From positions 3,844,001-3,908,000 of the forward strand of contig JBLDXI010000029.1 in NCBI GenBank assembly GCA_047495785.1: a stretch of DNA of 64,000 bases, in the 5' to 3' direction. The translations under genes were made by a program, and so were the position numbers. Shown here one piece after another: positions 49,286-60,111 of the stretch. Under the pieces are notes generated by a model. It worked only from the letters and a program-made list of their open reading frames with translations. It made no database searches and was not told the origin of the DNA. The stretch comes from Lepidodermella squamata. Lineage: Eukaryota > Animalia > Gastrotricha. Position 1 is the first letter of the stretch; each line of letters begins with the position of its first letter.

Positions 49286-50611
49286 ATGAGATCAATTCTT
49301 GTTTCCGCCATTTTCTTAGTAGCTTCACTGCTACAGGCTAATGCATCTGTAGATGATTGGGTAGCTGATGGAGGTGATTACGCCCACACTGGTTACAAGC
49401 CGTACTCACTGGGTAACGTCAACAAAATCGATATCCTTTGGAAATACCAACTAGAATCTACTCGCAAAAGCATGAATGGAATTCTTGTCTACAACCAGAA
49501 ATTGTACGTTTACACTGACGACGGCGATTTGGCAATAATCGATGCTAAAAAAGGCGCTCTCGTCAAGCAGTTCAACGTTAAGGCAAATTGGACAGTACTC
49601 TATCAGGTGATTGAGCCCGAAAATCAACTCATGTTCCTCGCAGACTTGGATGGGCAAGTTGTCGCAATCAGCCTCGAGGCTGGAAAGGAGGCAGTCATTT
49701 GGTCTCAAAAACTACCGGGTCGTATTCACGACATAATCCCAGTTACAGGGCTGAAAGATCTAGTCATTGCTAGTACCATCGATGGTAAAAACGGTGAGTT
49801 GATCGCACTGGACTTCCAAACAGGGCTGCAGCGATCTTCTTTTGGGGTCGCTTCACTGGACATTCCTTATTACCTATCCCTCTCGAATGATAATCGATTG
49901 ATCGGATTGACAATGAGCACTACAACCGAAGCTGTCGCCGAGTTTGATGCGACTAAAAGTGGGAACAAATTGTGGAATGTCGACTTCCCATTACTAAGCG
50001 CCGTCCTCAATCATGGGCCTATGATTTCTGGTAATGTCGCAATCACTAGGCAAAATTCCGAAATGGCTGCTGTTGATATCGACAGCAGAACTGTGAACTG
50101 GACAGCATCGCCTTGCAGCGACGATTTTTTGACAGCTGTTACGGACAACAAATTCGTCTACCGGAAATGTAAACCGGTCGAACATGTCTCTATAGCCAAG
50201 CATGACATAAAAACTGGGGATTTGGTTATTATTTTCAGGGTACCACTTTCTGATGCGCCCCCTGCTTGTGACCCTATTGTTCTGGACGATTACATTATCG
50301 CGCAGGGTTATACCGGGTTTGCGATTTACGATAAAAATGATGGCAGTTTGGCTGCCAATATCGCAGTTGGCGATGGCTCGTTTACTTTTGGTAACAAATG
50401 GGCATTTTCGGCTGGAGTGTTCTACGCGCAGGGTTCTGATGGATATGTCTATGCGTTTGGTACGAGCTATGAGGCTACAACGCCACCTCCAAATACGACT
50501 CCGAAGACAACTCAACCGAATACGACTCCAAATGGGGCAAACGGACAGCTGATTAGTTATGTAGCATTATTTATTAATATTTCAATTGGCTTGCTATTCG
50601 TTGGACATTAA
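49286..50611 (+). CDS. Intronless PQQ-binding-like beta-propeller protein, copy 2
   Basis: Colinear paralog of 46164-47492 with an intact 441-aa ORF and shared promoter and 3' flank. Confidence 0.85.
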   Translation: MRSILVSAIFLVASLLQANASVDDWVADGGDYAHTGYKPYSLGNVNKIDILWKYQLESTRKSMNGILVYNQKLYVYTDDGDLAIIDAKKGALVKQFNVKANWTVLYQVIEPENQLMFLADLDGQVVAISLEAGKEAVIWSQKLPGRIHDIIPVTGLKDLVIASTIDGKNGELIALDFQTGLQRSSFGVASLDIPYYLSLSNDNRLIGLTMSTTTEAVAEFDATKSGNKLWNVDFPLLSAVLNHGPMISGNVAITRQNSEMAAVDIDSRTVNWTASPCSDDFLTAVTDNKFVYRKCKPVEHVSIAKHDIKTGDLVIIFRVPLSDAPPACDPIVLDDYIIAQGYTGFAIYDKNDGSLAANIAVGDGSFTFGNKWAFSAGVFYAQGSDGYVYAFGTSYEATTPPPNTTPKTTQPNTTPNGANGQLISYVALFINISIGLLFVGH

Positions 50612-51631
50612 AGTTCTTGCAACTTGAGCTTCGATATCAATAAGAGCAATAAACATGAGTATTCAAAATCTGAAATTCCTCAATCCTTTCGACTGCCGAC
50701 TTAATTTTGCCTTGGGAGAAAAATTCGGATAATACATCAGACAACGAAAAGTGTTTTATGAATAGCCCTCATGCTGTTTTATGTCACGTAGCAATTTTAT
50801 TCACATATTATAGTCGACACGAATTTGTGAAGAATATCTTACATACAAGTTGGAGCGAAAATGAAAAAGCGCCGTGTAGTAAAATAAAAATACGCCGTTA
50901 TGATCCAAATTCGTGGGGGCAAAGTACAGCAGAGTACAAAAAATCACTCATGAACTTCAAAATTAGCATCATTATGTTGAGGATGAACACGGAACCGATT
51001 TTCGAAGTCGGCCGAAGTTCGCTTCATTAATTTCCAAGCCGTTTTTTCTCTGAATCGATGAAAGCAGAATATATCATATGCAGTTGTCATATTTCAGCAC
51101 AACTTCGAAAAAACTAACACTTTAAAGAATTTGAAGCATTTCAAAGTCATCGCAGGTTCAAATTTGACCACAGAGATATTGGGTTTATTTTCGCATTTGA
51201 TGGCGTGGATCTGATAATGCAGTCATCTTTGGCCGCAAATTGTCCATCGAACGTCATAGCGCAAATTACCTTCAACTAAATAACGAAAGGATCCACTAGC
51301 CAGCATTTTTTCACCCGGCCTGTCAGCAATTTCTGTGTAGAAATTTTCGCGTGTGCGCCTACAAACATGCCACAAACAGAGGTTAACGGCGGAGTTTTTC
51401 ACTAGCCAGCATTTTTCATTAATTTTTGAGCCTTCTGCTGACATGCCTTCTTTAAACGAGTATTGAAGAAAGAGAGAAAGCAGTTTTTTGTTTCAAATAA
51501 AATACAGAGGTGCCGGCCACGGTCGCCAGAATAGGATAATGATTATTTCTTGTTATCTAAAATATTTCTTCTTTCGAATAGCTTCTTTTTCTTAATAGCA
51601 ATATTATAGTGAATTATAAAATTCTTCGAAT

Positions 51632-53526
51632 ATGATCCGCTCGAATATTGTACTATCTATTGCCATTTTCACGATCGGCGCAGGTAAGAAGATTATTAAA
51701 TGTTTCTCGCAATTACACGATTCAATTAATAGCTGCCCAGTGGCCGAATCCAGCCAGCCTGATATTCGAAGCTCATATGAACGAAACTAATGGCTTGACC
51801 GACAGTATCTGCAACAAAAAGCCTGTTAGTGTGGGCACAGCGGATTACACTTTACCAGGAAGAATTATACCGGGCAACAGTCCTTTCGGTGGAAAGAATT
51901 CATCCTTCGGTCGGAGATTCAGGGGGGAAGAATTGGCCGTTTATGAATCATTGGATAATATGCTAGGATTCACAGTTTCATTCTACGCCAATGTTACATC
52001 GAACAGCTCAGCTGGATTGTTCGAACTGGATTATTCAACTGATATATTGACGGCAGCTTGTGTTTCGAACAGCTTGGTCGTCAAGATTTTCGACAAGGTA
52101 GAGATAAAAACGACATTTACCTTGACGCTCCCTGAAGCCTGCGGCAGTTATTGGCGATTCTACTCGATTTCTTACAACAATTTGACGGGCGATGTGACCG
52201 CCTATGCAGTTAACAACACCGCCAAGTCGACGAAATCCGTAAGTGGAAGATATAGCAAGAGACTGCCCGTGGATGACTCACCTTATCTGACGCTTGGCTA
52301 CGTCTTGGATCGCGGAACCTATGTCATGTACGACTTTTCGGCTGCGTCTGGAATGTTCTGCTTTTCAGTTTACAACCAAACGTTGTCTCAGGATGATATC
52401 AGCAAATTGCCGAACGCGTGCCTTGTGAAGCCAACTAAACACCAAAATGTCACTTGCCAACCTGCGGATGCTGATTGTAAGCGAACTCTCCTCGTCCCGA
52501 AAAGGATTTGCATTAAACTTTCAATTTCCCTCAGTTGAACCTGGTGTTTCTTGGCCAGAGGCGGGTCAACTGGTATTGGCACCATACATGAATTCAACGT
52601 TGGAACTGCAAGACGCGCTATGCAATGTTAAACCGATCGAGTCCGTGCGTAGTGCTCAATCTGTTACAACATTACCTGAAAAATCACCTTATATGGACAA
52701 AGCCAATAGCATGGTTGCCGGCTGGTGTTGCATAGCATTTGATAACACCAGGGTGAACAAGACTCTGGCCCGTTACAGTGCCATACCTCTCACTACCAAC
52801 AATTTCACGATCGGAATGTTTGCATCCACGTCGATTAGTTTAAGTGGTGAGAACAGAACGAACAATTTTCGCACTTCTGGCCTATTCGAGATTGAGTTTC
52901 CAACATCAGCGGTAACAGCCCACTGCGCGATGGAAAATGAACTCCACGTTAAAGTTTACAGCAAAGCGTCAAATGCGGTTGTAGCCACTTTGAAGGCGCA
53001 AAACGTTTGCCGCGGGTGGAAATTCTACGCTGTTACGTTCAGCTCAAACGGCTTGTTGACCCTATACACGTGGCACAAGAATGCTCAGATAGCTGATTCA
53101 GATTGGTCGAAACTGCCGTATGACCCTAACACTTTGTACGAGACATCAACGAGGGTTGATCCTGGTCTCTTCAAAGCTGAAGCCGTCGATGTAACTGTTG
53201 GCGGGGCGCTGGATGGTGAGACGAATACGCGATATGGGTTTTATGAGAACGACAGAATGGCTTGTGTTTCGCTCTACGAACAATCTCTTGATAAAAGTAA
53301 GGTGAAACAGCTAACGGAAGCTTGCCGCTCAGCTCCGCCACCCGCTTCTGCCTCTAAATGCTTCGACCTTACCAAGCCAAGGCGGCTAGCAACAGATGCA
53401 CCGAAAAAGCCGGATACAGTGCAACGGCAAGATACATCTCCTAATTCTGACAAGAAGAATGGAGCTACGACAGTGACGATGAGTGCTCTGGCGGTTGTGT
53501 TTGCTATTGGAATCCGCGCATTCTAG
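51632..53526 (+). CDS. GPI-type surface protein with two tandem LamG/ConA-like beta-sandwich domains
   Basis: Three exons (first 51632-51683). Two homologous repeats WP...MN...D..CN.KP...FT...A...GLFE...W.FY...M.C.S.Y.Q.L....L..AC, and C-terminal NGATTVTMSALAVVFAIGIRAF*. Confidence 0.72.
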
Positions 53527-54749
53527 CTTGATGGACTGTCGAAAAGTCTCGCTTCATGAAATATCAATTTATTATCGTGTTGCAATAATGAAAAGTTGAC
53601 ACTTGTGAAAAAATGGTTCTTATTAGCTCGGGCTCAAATTTCCGAACCAAATTTCAGCTAATGAACCTTCTCCATTCCCTCCATAATTTGCTGAGATTTA
53701 TTGTCTTAAAAGCATATGCTTAGATTTTCTAGCGATATCATTGTTCTCCTGGCTGGATATTCTTCACATCCATGGATGCTTCTTCGCTAACTCATCTCCT
53801 CAAACATATACACTGCACTTCAACTCCATCTTCCATAAGGTTGCGAAACGCTGCTTTGAATTACAGAACTTTAAAAATAATAGCGTATGAAAGCCCATTG
53901 TAATGTGTTTGATCTACTAGTTTTGCATTTTTTCATTCGAAAATGATAGAATATAAAAGTTGTCTTGAGCTTTCATGATTCTATTGTAACTTTCGTATTC
54001 ATTTATTCATCAGTTACAGGCTTGCTTCAATTTTTATTTTCAAGGCTTTCTTCTTCTATTCGACCGGAAAAATGCATCATTAGTGGAATTAGGATTTAAC
54101 CTTTCAGTAGGTTTTCATCAGTCTACAGTTTCAAGATTGAGCAGCATATCCTGAAGGCTTTAAAAGGCCTATTCAAAGCGGCCGAGGCCATTCGCGATGA
54201 ATTTCATTCTGTTTTAAATAAAAGAACTCTCCATCAATCGTTGCATCAGGTCTGCAAATGACAGAGAATTATTAAAAAAAATAACAAATGTGACGAGATG
54301 GGCGATAATGGAAACAGTTGATGAGTACTGCTTGATCTTTAGCTTCGGCCAAACTGGAAACTTCGTTTCGGTGAAAAAACCAGCAGAATCCGCGCGATTT
54401 TTACCACGTCAGCAGTTCACAGGCGTGATGGACCGCTCACCATACCAGCGTTTGTTATCTGCCTTAAGAGCGCGGCTTAAGAACCAACTTTAATAGGTTG
54501 TTATAGGCGGTGTTTTATAACAGCAACGAAGACGTTTCAAAAACCAGAAAATTTTAACAAGAAAAAGGAAAAAAGGATAACTTTGCGATAAATAACATTC
54601 GGTTAATAATGGCAGACAAAAACGATGTCAAATAAGCATGGAAATAAATTGACAACAATAATCTACGGGCTACGGGCAAAATGATCAACCAAATTTAAAT
54701 CCGTGTCACAATTGATTTGGGGGGATAATCAGCCGAAATGAGCCCAATA

Positions 54750-56954
54750 TTAGTGGGGAATATTAATCACGAAACCAAGAGAAAACCTTGAAGAGTATAG
54801 CCAAGCGGATTCCGTCGAAACGGCAAAGACTATCAGACCGATGGCAATTGTCATTTGCTGCTTGATTTGATCGCGAAGAGTTATGGCAATCAAGGTGGTA
54901 CCCACGAGTAAAGCAACTGAATTGCCCAGATTGAACGTGAGTAATTTGCCCTTCTCAATTTTCCAACGGCGACTTTTCACAACGAGAAAGCCATAGATTC
55001 CAACAGTCAAGAGGAAAATTTGCGAACTCATTAGAATGGAGATCAACGCATTCCAGGAAGCCGAGCTGCAAGAGAACAGGACAAATGTCACTAAAACATC
55101 TCTGCTATCATCGTAAACAGGCTCTGATGGCGCATTCCAGCATCGAGGAGGGTCAAACTTTAACCAAGCAACAATCATAACTGAGAAAAGTAGGAAGCAA
55201 AATGCTATTGCCAGATGTCTACACTTTTTCATCCTTCGGCTTCGCAGTGCCCTAGCTTCAGATAGCTGCGTCGATATCCATGACAACGGAGCTCTCGACC
55301 TCCGCTTTATCCTCCTTTTCGGGGCAAGAAAGCTAACAGCTGTGTAACCGTTGATAAGAGACAAGCCAATAAATGGCAGGACAATCCTCAAAATTGTAAC
55401 CCAAAATGGCGAGAAATTAGTTGGATACGAAAATGCAATCGCGGCTGCATAACAGAATAGTAGCCCGATATTAGTTGTGATTCGAAGACTTCTGCTGATT
55501 CCATTCCTGATGCCACCTAGCAAGGTTATCAGTTTTCCCATTGAAGCTATGCAACAAATAGTAATGAAAAACGGAGTTGGAACCTCTGAAATTTCTGTTA
55601 TGCTGGGGCTGGTATCTCGCGGAATTCTCCGACCCCACGCCATCCAATCGAAATGTTGCACTCTGACTACTTCGAATCGGTTAGACTTCCCCTCGCTGAT
55701 TTGCTTGATCGTGAATATTGTTCGGAAACCATCTCGTTTGTTCCAGTTGGCTATGGTCAGAATATCGTCAATCAGTCCGAATTCGTTATAACTGATGGTG
55801 CCTATTCTTAGCCCTGTTACTTTTTGTCCCACAAATGATTCATTAGCGATCTTCATGACTTCAGCAGGATACCTAGCGTAGTCAGCCAGGGTCAAATTAG
55901 CCTTCTGAAGTCGGTTCTCCGTCACGTTCAATCCGAGAGTGATCATGAGCGCGCTGTCGTAGCATAAGAACCTTGTCTCGTAGTCACCAGATCGTGAGTA
56001 GTTTAGGTACCTCTCGTCGAGAATCCTATCCATACTCTCCGCATTGTGACCCAGTACAGACCTGACCGAACTAGATTTGTTTCCCATGAGTTGACCGACC
56101 CAAAAAACAAGCTGGTATTGAGCAAGCATTATTTCTTTCGTGCATTTACTCCCAATAGATTCCGGGAGATTCTCAACGTCTGTATAAGCGAAAATATCAG
56201 CCACAATCACATACCGTTCACCTCTAATTCCGTTCGTGTATAAAATGCAGAGAAACTTGAGGAAATTAACACTGAAATCTTCGGAGAAAATAACCCGGAC
56301 ATCTTTCGCCCGAAGAACCGCAGCCACATCCTCTTCTTCATCAACTGAGGCATGGAGGTTGTAGTAGGCAACAATAAGATTGTTTTTGATGGCATTTTGA
56401 TACACTGCTTCACAGACTAAAACTGAATATTTGTCATTTATCGCTCCGAATATAGCGATTTTTCGCCAATGTCCAATTTCTTTCATCAATTGAATGGTGG
56501 ATACAGCGACACTTGCCGAGGATGAATATCCTAGGTAGAGATTCGGATACCTGCCTCGATTTTCGAGTTCTTGCAAGTTGCAAGTCCCGAGGCCGACCAT
56601 ATTAAGGTGGTGATAAAGTCTGCCACTGTATATGCATCCAGCTGAGGAACATCCCGCAAAGTTTATCGGCGAGATCAACGCACCTTCCTCGGAACTTCGG
56701 GTAAAGTTGATGAGTGCTGAGGGTTGCAGATAGCCTAGCTTTTCGTCTCCGAAAATCGCGGATATGTGATAGCCGGGGATGATATTTTGACTGTTTGCGG
56801 TGTCGTAGACCAGCTGCATCGCGGCCGTACAAGCTTCGCCCCAGTCAGGGGTTAGAGTTGCGTAAGGTATCAAGCTCAACACTTGAATTTCTTGCACGGA
56901 GTGAGCTACTGAACATCGCATTAGAAACCAGAAAATGCCACTTATAAAAAGCAT
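54750..56954 (-). CDS. Intronless class C GPCR, GABA-B-receptor-like, divergent
   Basis: Likely ATG at 56954 (MLFISGIFWFLMRCSVAHS). Motifs IIPGYHI, NRGRYPNLY, HWRKIAI, GIRGERYV and RIPRD, then seven hydrophobic segments and almost no C-tail. Confidence 0.85.
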   Translation of the reverse strand: MLFISGIFWFLMRCSVAHSVQEIQVLSLIPYATLTPDWGEACTAAMQLVYDTANSQNIIPGYHISAIFGDEKLGYLQPSALINFTRSSEEGALISPINFAGCSSAGCIYSGRLYHHLNMVGLGTCNLQELENRGRYPNLYLGYSSSASVAVSTIQLMKEIGHWRKIAIFGAINDKYSVLVCEAVYQNAIKNNLIVAYYNLHASVDEEEDVAAVLRAKDVRVIFSEDFSVNFLKFLCILYTNGIRGERYVIVADIFAYTDVENLPESIGSKCTKEIMLAQYQLVFWVGQLMGNKSSSVRSVLGHNAESMDRILDERYLNYSRSGDYETRFLCYDSALMITLGLNVTENRLQKANLTLADYARYPAEVMKIANESFVGQKVTGLRIGTISYNEFGLIDDILTIANWNKRDGFRTIFTIKQISEGKSNRFEVVRVQHFDWMAWGRRIPRDTSPSITEISEVPTPFFITICCIASMGKLITLLGGIRNGISRSLRITTNIGLLFCYAAAIAFSYPTNFSPFWVTILRIVLPFIGLSLINGYTAVSFLAPKRRIKRRSRAPLSWISTQLSEARALRSRRMKKCRHLAIAFCFLLFSVMIVAWLKFDPPRCWNAPSEPVYDDSRDVLVTFVLFSCSSASWNALISILMSSQIFLLTVGIYGFLVVKSRRWKIEKGKLLTFNLGNSVALLVGTTLIAITLRDQIKQQMTIAIGLIVFAVSTESAWLYSSRFSLGFVINIPH

Positions 56955-57459
56955 GTCAGGTATGTTTAGAAACAAGCAGATACATTTGGCTTGAGTCGAA
57001 GTGATCCTGTTGAAATATTTTGGTGTTTTCAGCAACGATTCTGTCGAAAGTCCTTTTCTGAAAGTCTCAGGTTACATATTTACGTCAACCGTTAAAAGTC
57101 CTTTGGAAATCGTGCCAAACAGCTGTTTCGTTGACTTCATGACGTCATAGGTCTATGTAGCTCTCTTGCTTATTCTGGAAATAATGACGCACGCACCTTC
57201 TGATAAATTTAGATGTGGATGTTTTTGACACAGAATATTGTGACACGCAACGGCTTTTAAACTGAATATGAGACCACATCAGTTTATCATAACATTTATT
57301 CACCACTGCACCATTGGGTAAATTGCGATTTCGTAAACATCACTCTGAAATTCATTCGATTGCTGAAGGCCGGTAAAACGTGGGCGCTGATGGCGCCTGA
57401 TAACTGATAATTCTAAAATCAAACGTCTTCCCTCTTTGGAGTCAACTCGTAACATCGAA

Positions 57460-57541
57460 GCTGCTATGCCCGAGTGGTTAAGGGGTCTGACTTGAAATCA
57501 GATGCGGTCTCCGCGCGTAGGTTCAAATCCTACTGGCAGCG
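57460..57541 (+). tRNA. tRNA-Ser(TGA)
   Basis: Acceptor GCTGCTA/TGGCAGC, anticodon arm TCTGA-CTTGAAA-TCAGA, long variable arm, GTTCAAATCC, discriminator G, followed by a T-run Pol III terminator. Confidence 0.95.
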
Positions 57542-57584
57542 ATTTTTTCTTCAAGATCTTATATTTATCAGTTTTATTAATTTC

Positions 57585-58579
57585 TCACATCCCAGTTGAA
57601 ACATGTTTCGAAGTGAGTCTTTCACTTATGTCCCACAATTTTGCTGCTTTATCATCATCCTGGCCAATCCACCATAATGCAGTAACCGCCTTTTTCCTGA
57701 ATTCGAAACAGCCATTTTTATAATTCAATTAAAGCCTATAAATAGAACTCACGTGAAATATTGACCGGAATACTGCTCCAATCCAGGCTGCGTTGCGCAA
57801 TACATTGTTGTAGCTATTCCCTCTTGAACCGTTGATATTAGGAACCATTTGATCGGTTTCCCAATTATCCTCAACCACAAAGGCTTTTCCTTTCGAAAAC
57901 CATCACCAGCATTCGTCAGTATCATGCCAGGGTGAACGCTGTAAACTGTCACCCCAGAATGTGGTTGCCCGGGGGTTAAATTCAACCTTCTATCCAACTC
58001 GCGGCCGAATAAAATGTTCGCTAATTTTGACTGAGCGTAGGCCATAAAACCACTGTAAGGTCGGTTCTCCCAGTTAGGATCGTCAATATTAAAACCCCAT
58101 GGCAACGTCATTTGATACGAATAAGACGACAAAATCACCACTCGACTTGGGGCTGATTTCTTTAGTAGGTCCATCAGTAAATTTGTTAGGAGGAAATGAC
58201 CCAGGTGATTCGTTCCGAATGCGATCTCGAAGCCATCTTTAGTGACGGCCCTCTCTGACCCTCGCGTAACTACGCCAGCATTGTTGATCAGAACATGAAG
58301 TTGCTCCTCGGTCTCGTTTATGAGTACCGCGAATTTTCGAACTGATTCCAGTGAGGCGAGGTCCAGTTGGCGAACAGCCAGCTTTTCTTCGGGAATCCCA
58401 GCTGCCTCGCGAATGTACTTCACAGCTTCTTCGCCTGCTTCAAGTCTTCTACAGGCTAGAATTACTCGAGAAGCGCCGGATTTTACGAGTTCCAGGGCGG
58501 TTTCGCGCCCGAGACCAGTATTAGCACCGGTTACGAGGCAAACTTTGCCTACGATCGACCATTCAATAGGTTCATCCAT
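57585..58579 (-). CDS. Retinol dehydrogenase 11/12/13-like short-chain dehydrogenase/reductase
   Basis: TGANTGLG, LINNAG, TNHLGHFLLT and YAQSK motifs. One intron after YFT, last exon ...AAKLWDISERLT...GM*. Confidence 0.9.
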
Positions 58580-58752
58580 TGTTTCAAATCGACCTAAAGA
58601 AAATGCTATTAGGAACAAAAATTATCTGTTATTAGTAAAGAGTTTATCTATTACGACTCTTATCTCTGTCCATTGTGAGAGGTGCCAGATTGTGCTAACA
58701 GAACGCTTCACTCTTCAGTAATATCGGTCAAACAGTTATAATTTCTTTGTAA

Positions 58753-59992
58753 ATGGACGAATCTTGGGATATCAAAGGCAAGGTCTGCCTGATCACTGGT
58801 GCTAATGGCGCTATAGGCCGAGAAACAGCAGTCTCATTGGCTAAATTAGGAGCTAAGCGCCTGATTTTCGCTTGCCGTAGCCTCGAAGCAGCAAATGAAA
58901 CCATCAATTACGTTTGCGAGAAGGCTGGAATCCCGTCATCTGAAATAGGATCGAAATTCGCTGTTTACCAGGTGGAACTCGCCTCGCTGAGCAGTGTTAA
59001 AGAATGTTGTAAGCAAATCATCGAAAATGAGGCTGAACTTCACCTGCTCATCAACAACGCCGGAATCATGGCTGCTGGTAACAAAGTTGTATCTCAGGAT
59101 GGATACGAAGCAACATTCGCCATAAATCACCTCGGTCATTTTCTCTTGACAACAAGCCTTTTGGATTTACTGAAAAGGTTAGCTCTATTAATTATTGGGG
59201 AAATTTTGATAATTTTTGAGGGTTTTGTTAGGTCAGCTCCAGCAAGAATTGTTCAAGTCGCTTCTTTAGCCTACAAGTTCTGCTATCCCTCAGGATTCCC
59301 AATCGCAGATCCAAATTTCAAGCATAGATCCTACTCGTCTCTACCAGCTTACAATCAGTCGAAACTAGCTAATGTACTATTCATTCACGAGCTAAACAAG
59401 CGGCTAAAGGCAGAAGGCTGTAGCAATGTGACAGCGTACAGCCTCCACCCAGGCCACGTTCGAAGTAATTTGATCAACAAGAGCAACAAAACGCTGTTCT
59501 ACCTGTCGAAGCCAGTTCGCGCTATTTTCTATACAACCCCGGAGAATGGGGCGAAAACAGTTGTACACGTAGCAACAAAGTCTGGAATTGAGCAGCATTC
59601 TGGAAAATATTTTGACAAGCAAGTTTTTCAATTTTAAGGGCATGGCTAGTGGGCAATCTGAAGTTTGAAGTTCTAGCCCTAGATTCCCCTGAGCTATAAT
59701 TTTTCGAGTTTCGTCTTGGTTGCCTTTTCCAGAATCCCAAGGTGCATAAATCATCAAAAGGCTAAAATCACAATAAATCAGAAAATTGTGTGCGAGGACA
59801 CGTAATTCTAGAGCTAGAGCTTCCATTTTAATGGGAAAATAATTAGACCCAATCTTTTATAATTTCAGTGGCAATCGTGATGTCGAGGAGTTGTGGAATA
59901 TCGGCAAGGACGACGTCAAATCCAGTCAGCTGTGGCAACTTAGCGAGGATCTGATTTCAGCAGCTTTCAACGTCGCCTCATTAACCAAATAG
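58753..59992 (+). CDS. Retinol dehydrogenase 11/12/13-like SDR, paralog
   Basis: TGANGAIG, LINNAG, INHLGHFLLT and YNQSK motifs. Introns ~59178-59231 and 59619-59868 (GC-AG), last exon ...SSQLWQLSEDLI...*. Confidence 0.88.
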
Positions 59993-60111
59993 AAATGTAA
60001 AATGTGACACCGCACTTGAAATAAAATTGAACATCACACTTTATTTTTCTATTAAATATAATAAATTATACCCAATTTTTAGGCTTGCGAAAATTTATGT
60101 TAAGCAACACG

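Noticed and set aside
46164-50611. Bacterial contamination or chimeric assembly
   Set aside because: The genes have eukaryotic-style signal and GPI-type tails, lie between intron-containing genes and show no operon structure. Read-level confirmation is still desirable.
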